Source: Lingula anatina
Lineage: Eukaryota > Animalia > Brachiopoda
Assembly (NCBI GenBank): GCA_051362555.1
Contig: CM120641.1
Coordinates: 48,428,401 to 48,492,400 of the forward strand
Length of the DNA: 64,000 nucleotides
Direction of reading: 5' to 3'
Shown here: piece by piece, positions 46,611 to 57,137 of the stretch
How positions within the stretch are numbered: position 1 is the first letter of the stretch
How the letters are laid out: every line of letters begins with the position of its first letter
Position numbers and translations under genes: made by a program
Notes under the pieces: generated by a model
The model's input: only the letters and a program-made list of their open reading frames with translations
What the model was told of the DNA's origin: nothing
Database searches by the model: none

Positions 46611-49600
46611 CTAATCTAAAAATCAAGCTTATCTAGTTTAATTTGTTTATTTTAGGAAATGATGAGTTTTATCAATCAAGGTATTTTTATGTACAGACAC
46701 AGATGTGTCTGTACATATAGCCGTCATCTGCGTCTGTCGTCGCCGTCGCCGTCGTTGCCGTCGTCGCCGTGCACTTTTACCGATAACACAATAAATGGAA
46801 AACTGTTTTTTCTTTTTGTTTGAAACTTACACAACTGATGAATATTCATAATACGCAGGTCGAGTTCGAAAATCAGCATGATCAGGTCACTTATATGGAA
46901 TTTATGCTGTTTTTTCACTTTTTTCAGCATATATGCAGCACCGATAACACGATAAGTGGAAAACCATTTTACCTTTTGGCTTGAAACTTACAGAACTGAT
47001 GAATATACATAATACGGAGGTCAAGTTCGAAAATCAGCGTGATTGGGTCATTTTTAGTGAATTTAAGCTATTTTTTCTCTTTTTTCAGCATATGTGCAGC
47101 ACTGATAACACGATAAGTGGAAAACCATTTTACCTTTTGGCTTGAAACTTACAGAACTGATAAATATTCATAATACGCAGGTCAAGTTTGAAAATCGGCA
47201 TGATTGGGCCATTTTTAGGGAATTTATGCTGTTTTTTCACTTTTTCAGCATATATGCAACACTGATAACACAATATAAGAAAAACAGATTGGCCAATTGT
47301 CATTATACTCACAGAAGGGGCCAATCTTACTAAAACGCAGGTTGAGTTTGAAAATCAGCATAATCAGTCCATTATTTTAGAAGTTATGCTGTTTTTTCAC
47401 ATTTCCTCACATTCAATTCTTAGGCATGTTAACAGTCTCATTTTTGAACTAATAAGATACGTAAAAGTGTTTGTTTGACATTTCCTGCATCTTTACAACA
47501 TTGTTAGTTGATTTTTTAAAAATGATGGTAAACTTGTTATCATGTATTGTGTAATAAAGTGTCAAAAATGGAAATAAACTCATATCATTGCAGTTTGTCA
47601 GATGCATTCATCCACTATGTTCAGAATCTCAGAATGGAGGAAGTTGGACATTTAACACTGTTCTATTGATACTTTTCCCATCTCATCAATTTTCTTCATT
47701 GGTCATATAAAAATGGCAGTAAACTGTTTATTTTGTTTTATGTTAAAAAAGTGTTAAAAATGGAAATAAACCCATTTCAGAACAGTGCTGTCTTGTTTAC
47801 ATTTTGGCATTTTCAATATGTGACTTTGAAGTTCCATGGGCCTGAAGACTTTTGCTTGTCACATTTTCTGAATAACCATGATACTAATATTTTATAATTA
47901 AAAATTGATGGTCATTATGCTGTAAAACATTATGTAATATTGCATCAAAATGTGAAGAAACCCCTATTTTGGGCACTGCTCCCATGATGACCATTTAAGG
48001 AAAATCATGTCACTTACTGTTCTCAAACTTACAGGAAAGAGACATGGGACTAAAATACAGCTTCAGTAGGCAATGCAGTCTGTTTGGTAAATTTTTCTGG
48101 CAATTAAACAGTTTTTTGTGAAAATTTAATTTTTCACATATTGGCATTTCCAAGGTGTGACTTAGAACCTCCACGGGCTTGAAGACCCATGCTAGTCACA
48201 TTTTGTGAAAATCCATGACACTTATATTTTATTATTAATAATCGATGGTCATTATGCTGTTAACACTCAAAGTCAATAAAACAGTGCAAATGGGGGTGTC
48301 ACCTTCCCACGTTTAAAAGACACAAGATATGGGGCATTTCACTATATTATGACTTAGTGAGATTTCTGACCTTATTGGCCATATTGCAAAAGTCGAGTTT
48401 AGTTAAGTCATTTTCACGATGTACCTGCTTAAACCCACGTTTTTGTAACATACGTTACTGACGCTTTTCTAATTTTTTGTCTTCAACATATATAAAACGA
48501 GTTATAAAGGCTGAAAACCCTGGTAATTTGTTTATTTTATTGAAGGGTGATGTATATCCAACTTTTTATTATATACAGACACAGATGTGTCTGTACATAT
48601 AGCCATCATCTGCGTCTGTCGTCGCCGTCGCCGTGCACTTTTACCGATAACACGATAAGTGGAAAACCATTTTGCCTTTTGATTTGAAACTTGCAGAACT
48701 GATGAATATTCATAATACACAGGTCAAGTTCGAAAATCAGCATGATCAGGTCACTCTTAGGGAATTTATGCTGTTTTTTCACTTTTTTCAACATATATGC
48801 AGCACCGATAACACGATAAGTGGAAAACCATTGTACCTTTTGACTTGAAACTTACAGAACTGATGAATATTCATAATATGCAGGTCAAGTTCGAAAATCG
48901 GCATGATTGGGCCATTTTTAGGGAATTTATGCTGTTTTTTCACTTTTTCAGCATATATGCAGCACCAATAACACGATAAGTGGAAAACCATTCTACCTTT
49001 TGGCTTGAAACTTACAAAACTGATTACAGAACTGATTTATAATACGCAGGTCAAGTTTGAAAATTGGCATGATTGGACTATTTTTACAAAAGTAATGCTG
49101 TTTTTTTCCCTTTATTCAGCATACATGCAACACTGATAACGCATTTTAAGGAAAACCAATCAGCCTTTTGTCTTGCAACTCACAGGAGTGATCAATCTGA
49201 CCAGTATACAGATCAAGTTTGAAAATAAGCTTGATCAGTTAAGTTTTGATTAAGTTATTAGCCTTTTTGTATATAAGTGGTTTTTCTTCAGATTTAATTC
49301 TTAAGCATGTTAACAGTCTCATAACGGTACTAATTGGATATGTTAAAGTGTTGTTTTAACATTTTCTGCTTCTTAACAATATTGTTAGTTGATTATATAA
49401 AAATGACGGTAAACCTATTATCCTGCATTGTGTAATAAAGTATCAAAAATGGAAAGGAACTCATCATTGCAGTTCATCAGATTCAATCATTTACTATGTT
49501 CAGAATCTCCAAATGGAGCTAATTGGACATTATAAATTGTTCTATTGATATTTTTCCTATGTCAACAATTTTCCTAGTTGATCATTTAAAAATGACAGTT

Positions 49601-52600
49601 AATTGATGATGGTTTTATGTAAAAAAGGTGTTGAAAATGGAAAGAAAATAATTTCAGTACAGTTATCTCTTGTTAACATTTTGGCATTTTGAAAGTGTGA
49701 CCCTAACTTCCATGTCCTTGGAGACCTTTCCATATCACATTTTCTGAATATCCATGATACTTTTATTTTTTTATAAAAAATTTGATGGTCATTATGCTGT
49801 TAAGTATTATGTTATATTGCATGAAAGTTAAAGAAAACCCTATTTTGGACACTGCTGCCAGGATAGCGATTAAGGGAAAACCATGTTACTTATGATAATC
49901 AACCTTACTGAAAAGACTGAAGTGCAGCTTGTGTTGGAAAACCATCGTAATTGTTTTCTGTTTTGAAAGCTATGCAGTACAGTGCTATTTGGTGCAATAA
50001 ATGTATATGGATAGTAGGCAGTTAATTCAGGGTTATAAAATAATTTGCTTAATTGATTTTCAAGTTATTTCAGGGTTATAAAATAATTTGCTTAATTAAT
50101 TTTCAAGTGGGTATTAAATGAGATTACATAAACACACATTGAGATTTCATTGTAAAGTCCCATCGGTTTAGCTTTCTTGACTGTGTCACATTATTAGGAA
50201 TCGATGATTATTATGCAGGTAAATGTTATTTAATATGGAAAATAAGTTTACAAAAAAAAATTGTGTAACGCTTACATTAATGCTAAAGATGAATAACAGT
50301 GTCTTATTATTCTCAAACTCAATAGGGTTATTCATATCATGTTAGTAATTGTACAGCTAGATTAAAAGTTTGAATAGCAGCTTTATTGGTATTTTTTGTT
50401 ATGTTTTATTTTACATTTTCTTTTAATTTTTTTATGCTGTTTTTTCACTTTTTTCAACATATATGCAACATTAATAACACAATATAAGAAAAAACAGCTT
50501 AGCCAATTGTCATTATACTCACAGGAGTGGTCAATCTTACAAAAATGCAGGTTGAGTTCGAAAATCAGCGTTATCGGGCCATTATTTTAGAAGTTGTACT
50601 GTTTTTTCAAATTTCCTCAGATTCAATTCTTAGGCATGTTAACAGTCTCATTATTGAACTAATAAGATACGTAAAAGTGTTTGTTTGATATTTCCTGCAT
50701 CTTTACAACATTGTTAGTTGATTATGTAAAAATGATGGTAAACTTGTTATCATGTATTGTGTAATCAAGTGTCCAAAATGGAAATAAACTCATATCATTG
50801 CAGTTTGTCAGATTCAATCATCCACATCTGCCATGATGACCATGATGGGAAAACCGTGTTACTTATGATTGTCAAACTTTCAAAAAAGAAACACAGGACT
50901 AAAATGCAGCCCAAGTTGGAAAAGCAGTCTAATAGGCTTCTTTTTCTGGAAGTTATACATTTTAGTGAAATATTCATTATCTTTTTGGCATATTCATTGT
51001 GGGACTCGGAGCTCCCATGGACATGAAGCCGGATGGTAATCAAATTTTCTACATGTTCATGCTATTTATAGTCAATAATCAAAAATTGGTGATAATTATT
51101 CTATAATTTATTATGTAATGTTACATCAAAATTGACAATAATCTTTTTGCACTGCTACTGCAAACATTATGAAAAGAAAACTGTGTTATTTATTATTATA
51201 TTTAACTTAAGAGTATGATTTTTAGGATTGGCATGCAGTTCAAATTAGAAAGCCAGGTCAATTGGGTTATCATTTATTATTGAATTTAATGCAATTTTGT
51301 GTGAAATTTCATTTTTCTCATTCTGGCACTTTCTAACACCCCATTTCCATAGATTAGATCGACCTACTTTAGATCGACCTAACTCCCTGGGGGTTCACGC
51401 TAAATAGCTGTCAGCCGGGCGGACACGAAAGTTAATTACCCCCTTACAGCTTGTAGTAGGCGGGACGGACATTTAAGTCGGATTATCTGAAAGTAATCTA
51501 GTGAGACTCCCTGCGGGGATAGATCGATCTAAAATCTATGGGAATAGAGCCTAAGTATAAACTTGAACTCTGATGAGTCTGAAGCCTTATGCTTTTACTT
51601 TCGTCGGTGTTACCTGTTGTGCAAAATTAAAATTTGATGTTGACTGTGCAGTTAAACATAATGTATTATTGCATCAGAAGTGGTAGTCTCCTATTTTGTG
51701 CATTATTGTTTTGTGCTCTTCTTAAGTTGTGACTTATGGGCCTGAAAGACCTTTGAGAGGGTCAGTCTATAAATTTCCCTTGGGTATCACTTCGCTAATT
51801 TCAGTTATAAAGTAATTTGCCTAATTGATAGGCTACATAAAGCACACTTGTGATTTGAGATTACATAAAGCACACTTGTTGATATTTCCCTGTAAACTCC
51901 CATAGGTTAAGCTCTCTGCTAGATTAATAATAAGGAAGCAGTGATAATTATGCAGGTAAATTTTGTTTAATATTGCAAATAATATATATATATATATCAA
52001 ACTGAAAGATTAAAAGTTTGAATAGCAGCTTCATTGGAATTATATTTACCTCTGCCAAGGAGGTTATATTTTCACCCCTGTTTGTCATCAACATAACTCA
52101 AAAAGTTATGGACGGATTTTGCTGAAATTTTCAGGAACTGTCAGAAGTGGGCCAAAGAGGACAAAAATCAATAATAATCAACAATTGCTACCTTGGCAGA
52201 GGTCTGCACTTTCGGAGTGCTTTTCTAGTTTTGTTATGTTTTCCTTTATAATTTTTTCTCAAACACTTGCATTTGTGACTTTTAACTCTCATCCGCCTGA
52301 GACTCTGACATTTCTGTATTTCCACATAAGCAGTTGTATTGTTTTTTATGTCTTTAAACATTATGTTACTTATGTAATATTATTTTATGCACTGTCATCA
52401 TTTTTCAAATATTGAGACTTACATCATGTGAATTTGAACTCTCATGGTCCTGAAACTATAATCTTATTGAAAGGGTAGATTGAGACCATCTTCTGGGACT
52501 TCCGGAAGACAGTCAGGTTATTAAGTTTATATTGCCTGGTATCTATTTTTTCTTCTGTTGGAAGACCATCAAAATGGAGGATGGATCAAAATAGATACTT

Positions 52601-52931
52601 TGGAATACTGTCAGAGAATATCTCTGGGTCCGCTCATGTTATTGACCATTTTACCTGTTGTGCATGATTATAAAATTCAGTGTTGACTGATAGTGCTATT
52701 ATAAGCATTATTTATTATTGCATCAAAATTAACAAAATGACCTTTTTTGCATCTTTATTTTCTGTTTTTTGTCTGTACATTTGACAGCTTTGCTGCCTTG
52801 TTTTAAATCAAAAGCTAATTTTTTGGAAAAAAATGATTTCTGTTTTTTGTTTAGGTTGCCTTCAACAAACTCCAGAAGATGTTAGCACACAAGTGGGATT
52901 TTATCTTCATGCAGGCTGAGGAACAGTTCAA
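20319..52931 (+). CDS. R7-family regulator of G-protein signalling (RGS6/7/9/11 group; motifs closer to RGS9/11), N-terminal DEP/DHEX exons; gene continues beyond the window
   Basis: Exons 20319-20369, 35921-36017, 40284-40444, 41518-41569, 45000-45064, 52855-52931 join in frame: MADNDAHQHPRHMMYAKMENLIRCMQFSENAIPVRSQKLFLTTVPDAFAGQDLIDWLYTKLQTEERLHASHLANLLCQYGYLFPVSDQKNLVVKDDNTLFRFQTPYFWPSNNWKPDHVDYAIYLAKRTLRNKQRHGLEDFEQVAFNKLQKMLAHKWDFIFMQAEEQFK. FRFQTPYFWP is the R7 signature. Confidence 0.93.
23255..24352. repeat. 33-bp minisatellite, ~33 copies
   Basis: Unit GTGGCAGGTCAGAGAGTGTATATGGGAGTATAT with 31-bp variants; explains the overlapping repetitive ORFs. Confidence 0.95.
26255..26380. mobile_element. 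Short MITE with CAGGCC(T/C)GTAGCC terminal inverted repeats
   Basis: CAGGCCTGTAGCC at the left end and GGCTACGGGCCTG at the right; internal G-run; no clean TSD. Confidence 0.6.
26500..27600 (-). mobile_element. Degenerate non-LTR retrotransposon (L1/Tx1-like) reverse transcriptase fragment
   Basis: Minus ORF 27595-27179 contains SDSEKAFNWVEWSYI (D.EKAFD.V.W), FFTISQGARQWNPLSQY (G.RQG.PLSP) and ITQYDDN (YADD), interrupted by a MITE. The left boundary is uncertain. Confidence 0.65.
27293..27402. mobile_element. MITE (CTGGGG...CCCCAG termini) with 5-bp TSD TAATG, inserted in the LINE fragment
   Basis: TAATG|CTGGGGTAG...TTTCCCCAG|TAATG; homologous to 33689-33874. Confidence 0.8.
28208..28253. 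repeat. (TTA)n microsatellite
   Basis: Pure trinucleotide run. Confidence 0.95.
29318..29470. mobile_element. Degenerate foldback/MITE-like element
   Basis: Imperfect ~40-bp inverted arms: ACTAACAGATCCACAGAT...AAATAT and ATATTTGATCTGCGGATCTGTTAGT. Confidence 0.45.
30779..31383. repeat. Perfect 75-bp inverted repeat pair (30779-30853 and 31309-31383)
   Basis: AATAGAACTTGGATATACC...CAAGTGGCACTGT and its exact reverse complement 455 bp downstream. Confidence 0.95.
32172..32218. repeat. (CA)n microsatellite
   Basis: Near-pure dinucleotide run. Confidence 0.95.
32986..33153. mobile_element. 168-bp MITE with 15-bp TIRs and 5-bp TSD ACATG
   Basis: ACATG|CAGGGGCGGATTTAG...CTAAATCCGCCCCTG|ACATG; a diverged copy in the opposite orientation lies at ~52470-52638. 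Confidence 0.85.
33689..33874. mobile_element. MITE with 10-bp TIRs and 5-bp TSD AGAAC
   Basis: AGAAC|CTGGGGTAGC...GCTACCCCAG|AGAAC; same family as 27293-27402. Confidence 0.85.
35208..35750. repeat. 23-bp G-rich minisatellite
   Basis: Unit GACTGGGATGGTCATGGTGGGGA and variants, ending ~170 bp before RGS exon 2. Confidence 0.95.
38528..38870. repeat. 28-bp minisatellite
   Basis: Unit TGTGACCTTATGGTTAGCAGTCTTACCT, with degenerate copies from ~38380. Confidence 0.95.
39075..39133. repeat. (AAT)n microsatellite
   Basis: Pure trinucleotide run. Confidence 0.95.
39889..40140. mobile_element. ~250-bp palindromic MITE family, copy 1
   Basis: Shares the blocks TTCCCATA..TAGATC(A/G)ATCTA, CAGTAGG(C/T)GTGAC.GACATCT and GATAGA(T/C)CGATCCA..GGAAT with copies at 51340, 52959 and 63470. 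Confidence 0.7.
51340..51554. mobile_element. Palindromic MITE family, copy 2 (nested in the HINE array)
   Basis: Ends CCATTTCCATAGATTAGATCGACCTA and TAGATCGATCTAAAATCTATGGGAATAG are inverted. It interrupts a degenerate array unit at a CTAA/TAA site. Confidence 0.7.
52046..52230 (+). mobile_element. Short HINE-type element (TTACCTCTGCCAAGGAGGTTAT...CCTTGGCAGAGGTCTGCACTTTCGGAGTGCTTTTCTAGTT)
   Basis: 13-bp subTIR ACCTCTGCCAAGG / CCTTGGCAGAGGT, 5' palindrome, 3' hairpin GCACT..AGTGC and CTAGTT end. The empty site is visible in the paralogous repeat at ~50361-50410. Confidence 0.85.
52470..52638 (-). mobile_element. Diverged copy of the 32986-33153 MITE
   Basis: Internal sequence is the reverse complement of 33001-33138 with scattered mismatches; TIRs are eroded. 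Confidence 0.75.
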
Positions 52932-52958
52932 GTAAGTATAGCACCAGGAAGAACTGAC

Positions 52959-53210
52959 TTTAGACTGGGCTCTCATATCTAGGTTGATCTAACTGGATCA
53001 TTCCATCTCCGAGAGGTTTCTCGTGAAATTGCTTTCAGCTTAAGCGGCTTTGATGTCTGACACGCCTACTGAAGCTGATAAATGATAATTATATCCTAGT
53101 AGCTTCAGTAGGCGTGACTGACATCTTATGTTGATTGCAATTTAGTGAGAATCCGCTTAGAGATAGATCGATCCACAGTTAGTACAATAGGGTCTGGGAA
53201 TGGTCCCTTA
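52959..53210. mobile_element. Palindromic MITE family, copy 3
   Basis: Perfect 16-bp central stem CACGCCTACTGAAGCT (53061-53076) / AGCTTCAGTAGGCGTG (53101-53116); colinear with copy 1. Confidence 0.75.
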
Positions 53211-53984
53211 TATTATGACATTGACTCAGTCTTTCCAATGGGAAAAATCATCAGTCTTTCTTTATATTTTCATAGTTTTATATTTGGTGCTTTTAATGTA
53301 TAGAATAGAATTATTGGGTAGTCTGTGTTTCAATTTTGTGGCTACCACTCAGTAGGAATGTTTTTTTAAGGATTTATGACTTAGAAAAAACAGTATCTGT
53401 AAAAATCACAATTTCTCCCAATGGAAAGATCTAGCCATTACTGTAAATGTTATATAACTGAATTTAAAAACACAAAAGATGACCCCCCCCCCCCCCCCCC
53501 GTGATGCCCTATAAGAAGACTTCACTGATAACATGCTGTTATAAGGTCAGTTCTGTCAGTGATGTTCCTTATCCCTAGTTATCAGTGTCATTTTCTCATT
53601 TGCCTCCATTGCTGATTATTTCTTGTTAATTTCCATAGATCACATATTCCTGAATAGACATAGACCAGATAACATAGGCGATCAATCCGTTTCAACTTTT
53701 TTCACTGCAGCTTGGTTTTTATGTCAAAAGTTTCTGTAGCCTCGAACTCCACTTAGCTAAATTGTAGTTTACATTAAAAGCAAACAGCCAGCTTTTATCA
53801 GGCTGCTGGCGGAGATTGGCTGATTGATCCAGAGGCAACTGAGAAATGTAAAAAGCGTTACCATATTGTTTGCTGAGATTAAAAATATCCCCCGTCCCTC
53901 TATTGATGTTGTCTGGATCAATGGAGGCTATCAGAACAACCCTGTGCCTGACCCTTCTGGATTGCTAACAGAGATCATAGCTGT

Positions 53985-54385
53985 AACAAGGTCCCTTTTC
54001 CAAATGTTTAACAAGTGGAGTTTTGAATCCAATAAATCAAAAGGAGGCAGAAATATCACAAGATGCTTTTAATTTTTAATTTTTTTCTGTCTCTAAATTC
54101 TTGGGGAAGGAGCTGCAACAAGGTCCCTTTTCCAAATGTTTAACAACTGGAGTTTTGAATCCAATAAATCAAAAGGAGGCAGAAATATCACAAAATGCTT
54201 TTAATTTTTAATTTATTTCTGTCTCTAAATTCTTGGGGAAGGAGCTGCAACAAGGTCCCTTTTCCAAATGTTTAACAAGTGGAGGTTTGAATCCAATAAA
54301 TCAGAAATATCATGAAATGCTATTCAATCAAAAAATCTTCAAAAATCAAAAAAAATTTTTCTTTTTTTAATTATTGGGGAAGGAG
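53985..54385. repeat. 132-bp tandem repeat, ~3 copies
   Basis: AACAAGGTCCCTTTTCCAAATGTTTAACAA begins at 53985, 54117 and 54249. Confidence 0.9.
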
Positions 54386-55534
54386 ACAAGAATTGACAAA
54401 ATAAAGTGTGTATCACTTGATGTTTGCATTTAACCCTTTTTCAACCAAATATCAAAATTTCAGGGTCTGTATCATTGTACCACCAGTGTGGCAGTTTTAG
54501 TCCCAAACAGTATCGTCCACCACATCTGTTGCCACATCACAGTTACCTTTTCTTCTCCAAGTCCAAAAGAGCCTGTGTACCCATCTCTTATATGTAGGTT
54601 ACATACAATTTCAACTTGATCTATGTAAAGTTTGGGCTTTAACGGTGCACTGTTCTAGGTGTAGCGCTTGTTGCAATACACCCTCGCCAAAAATTTGAAA
54701 AATTAAATGCTAAATATCTCTCAAAGCGAAGGGCCGAGTTTTCCATATGAATGCGCTTACTCCAGCTGGTGGTACCCAGAGGCAGTATCGCCTCTTTGAT
54801 CCTCTAATTTAAAGACTGCTTTCTGCAGGTTTTGGCAAACAAGACATTAGTGTAAAATTACTTGTCAGATTGGAATTTTAAGACATTGGCCAACACTTGT
54901 AAGGTAACAGCAAAGAAAAAATCCAGCAACTGACTTGGAAGATGACAGGTGCTGGTATTTCATCTGGGCACTTACGCTTCTCATGCCTTGAACACTTCTA
55001 CCAGACAGCAAAAGAAAAAAAATGAAGAAAGATCAGTAATTACAATTGATTGTTTTAGTCTTTTCTTTCAGTAAATTGGATATAGAATGTTCACAGTTAT
55101 GTTATTGGTGTTGTACAGAGAATAATGAATTTAACTATAACAATAAGTGCTACTTAGTTGAAAGAGATCCTTTGCCAGGAGGTCCCATTCATCACTGCTT
55201 AGATATTTTGCTGTAAATTAGATGAAAACCACCAAGAGGATTGAAAGGATTATTAAGATTGATCCAAAGGATATTGAAAGTGAAAGATATTGGAAGACAA
55301 TGCCTATTGATCTCTGTTGTCAAGACATAATGAAAGAAAGATAAGAATACTGGAGAGTTTTATTGCATTATTGTATTGTGAGATGGACAGCTAAAACAAT
55401 TTATTTCATTTCTCTTGCCTTCATATTTCTCCCAACCCCACCCAAAGCCATATTTAAACTTGAGGCAGCAAGGTATTGACTTAGAAGAGGCAACCTGTTA
55501 TTTCAGTTGAAATGCCCCTTATTTCCAGATTTTG

Positions 55535-55632
55535 GTACCATACATAGAGTACCATACATAGAGTACCATACATAGAGTACCATACATAGAGTACCATACA
55601 TAGAGTACCATACATAGAGTACCATACATACA
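55535..55632. repeat. 14-bp minisatellite, ~7 copies
   Basis: Unit GTACCATACATAGA. Confidence 0.95.
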
Positions 55633-56046
55633 TATAGCAGTGGTGCCCTCACTTTCAGTTGTTCCAAATTCCAATGATGACATGTTTTGAAACAATCTGA
55701 AATTAATTAAAACAGTCGCAATAATTAGCTATTGATGGTATGACAGTACTATGACTGTGTGGGGATACACTGAATATCCCCAGGGGGTTTGTAACAAGTT
55801 TTGAAAGGTCAGTTTATAAACAGTCTGAAGTTTCAGTTCTGATTTGGAAGAGCTACTATTATAAGAAAACGAGTTGCACTGGAGTTGCACTCCAGTTGAA
55901 TTATAAGTACCACATATAAAATGAATGGAACAAGTCAGTGTCTCTTAATGGCATTGTTCACATTCAGTTTCAAAAATAGCCTGTGATTCATGAGTTTTCC
56001 CAGGATGGTTGTTTAATTTGGTGTGAACACACCCTGGACAAAAAGA

Positions 56047-56326
56047 ACTGGCTGTGCATTCTAGTGTGAATGCGTCCTGGACTGGCTGTGCATTCTAGTG
56101 TGAACGCGTGCTGGACTGGCTGTGCATTCTAGTGTGAACACGTCTTAGACTGGCTGTGCATTCTAGTGTGAACACGTCTTGGACTGGCTGTGCATTCTAG
56201 TGTGAACACGTCTTGGACTGGCTGTGCATTCTAGTGTGAACACGTCTTGGACTGGCTGTGCATTCTAGTGTGAACACGTCCTGGACTGGCTGTGCATTCT
56301 AGTGTGAATACGTCCTGGACTCGCTG
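56047..56326. repeat. 34-bp minisatellite, ~8 copies
   Basis: Unit ACTGGCTGTGCATTCTAGTGTGAACACGTCTTGG. Confidence 0.95.
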
Positions 56327-56519
56327 TATTTGTGTTGTCAAACCTGTCCCTGTTCTAAAGACATGTAGATATCACTCAAACCCCTGCTGAGCTCTGAGAA
56401 TGTCAGCATATCCATCCTGAATAGAAATGAGGGAATTTGAATTTTGACTGAGATAAGATTATAGATCTGAACAAATGATTTTCCTCCAGTATTTCTGCCT
56501 GCATATTTGCACACATATG

Positions 56520-57137
56520 ACAAGTCAAGGGAGAGCTATGGACAGGGCAGAATAAAATACTGGGGAATGGCAATAGACAAGGGATAACTAGGAACAGGGT
56601 AGAATAAAGTACAGGGCAGTGACAGTAGACAAGGGAGAGCTATGGACAGGGCAGTATAGAATACTGGGCAGTGACAGTAGACAAGGGATAACTAAGGACA
56701 GGGCAGTATAAAATACTGGGCATTGACAGCAGGCAAGGGATAACGAGGGACAGGGCAGTATAAAGTACTGGGCAGTGACAGCAGACAAGGGATAACTAGG
56801 GACAGGGCAGTATAAAATACAGGGCAGTGACAGTAGACAAGGGATAACTAGGGACAGGACAGTATAAAATGCTGGGCAGTGATAGCAGACAAGGGATAAC
56901 TAGGGATAGGGCAGTATATGATACTGTGCAGTGACAGCAGGCAAGGGATAACTAGGGACAGGGCAGTATATGATACTGTGCAGTGACAGTAGACAAGGGA
57001 TAACTAGGGACAGGGCAGTATATGATACTGTGCAGTGACAGCAGGCAAGGGATAACTAGGGACAGGGCAGTATAAAATACTGGGCAGTGACAGCAGGCAA
57101 GGGATAACTAGGGACAGGGCAATGTAAAATACTGGGT
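56520..57137. repeat. 52-bp minisatellite, ~12 copies
   Basis: Unit GGGACAGGGCAGTATAAAATACTGGGCAGTGACAGCAGACAAGGGATAACTA. Confidence 0.95.

Larger units (their letters stand above)
46684..52802 (+). mobile_element. Non-autonomous Helentron-type (HINE/DINE-1-like) composite element with an internal ~160-bp tandem array; second 5' head at ~48563
   Basis: 5' T-run and hairpin ATGTACAGACACA-GA-TGTGTCTGTACAT (46689-46716), then a (GTC/GCC)n microsatellite and ~160-bp units (starts 46927, 47088, 47248; again from ~48630 and ~50430). 3' subTIR TGTCTGTACAT (52770-52780), short hairpin CAGC-TTT-GCTG and TT. This layout matches known HINE architecture. Confidence 0.75.

Noticed and set aside
46724-48991. 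Repeated short minus ORFs (MLKKVKKQHKF...)
   Set aside because: Translations of the 160-bp satellite units of the HINE element.
54640-54810. Hairpin AGAGGC..GCCTCT followed by CTAATT, resembling another HINE 3' end
   Set aside because: No matching 5' head or second copy in the window to support it.
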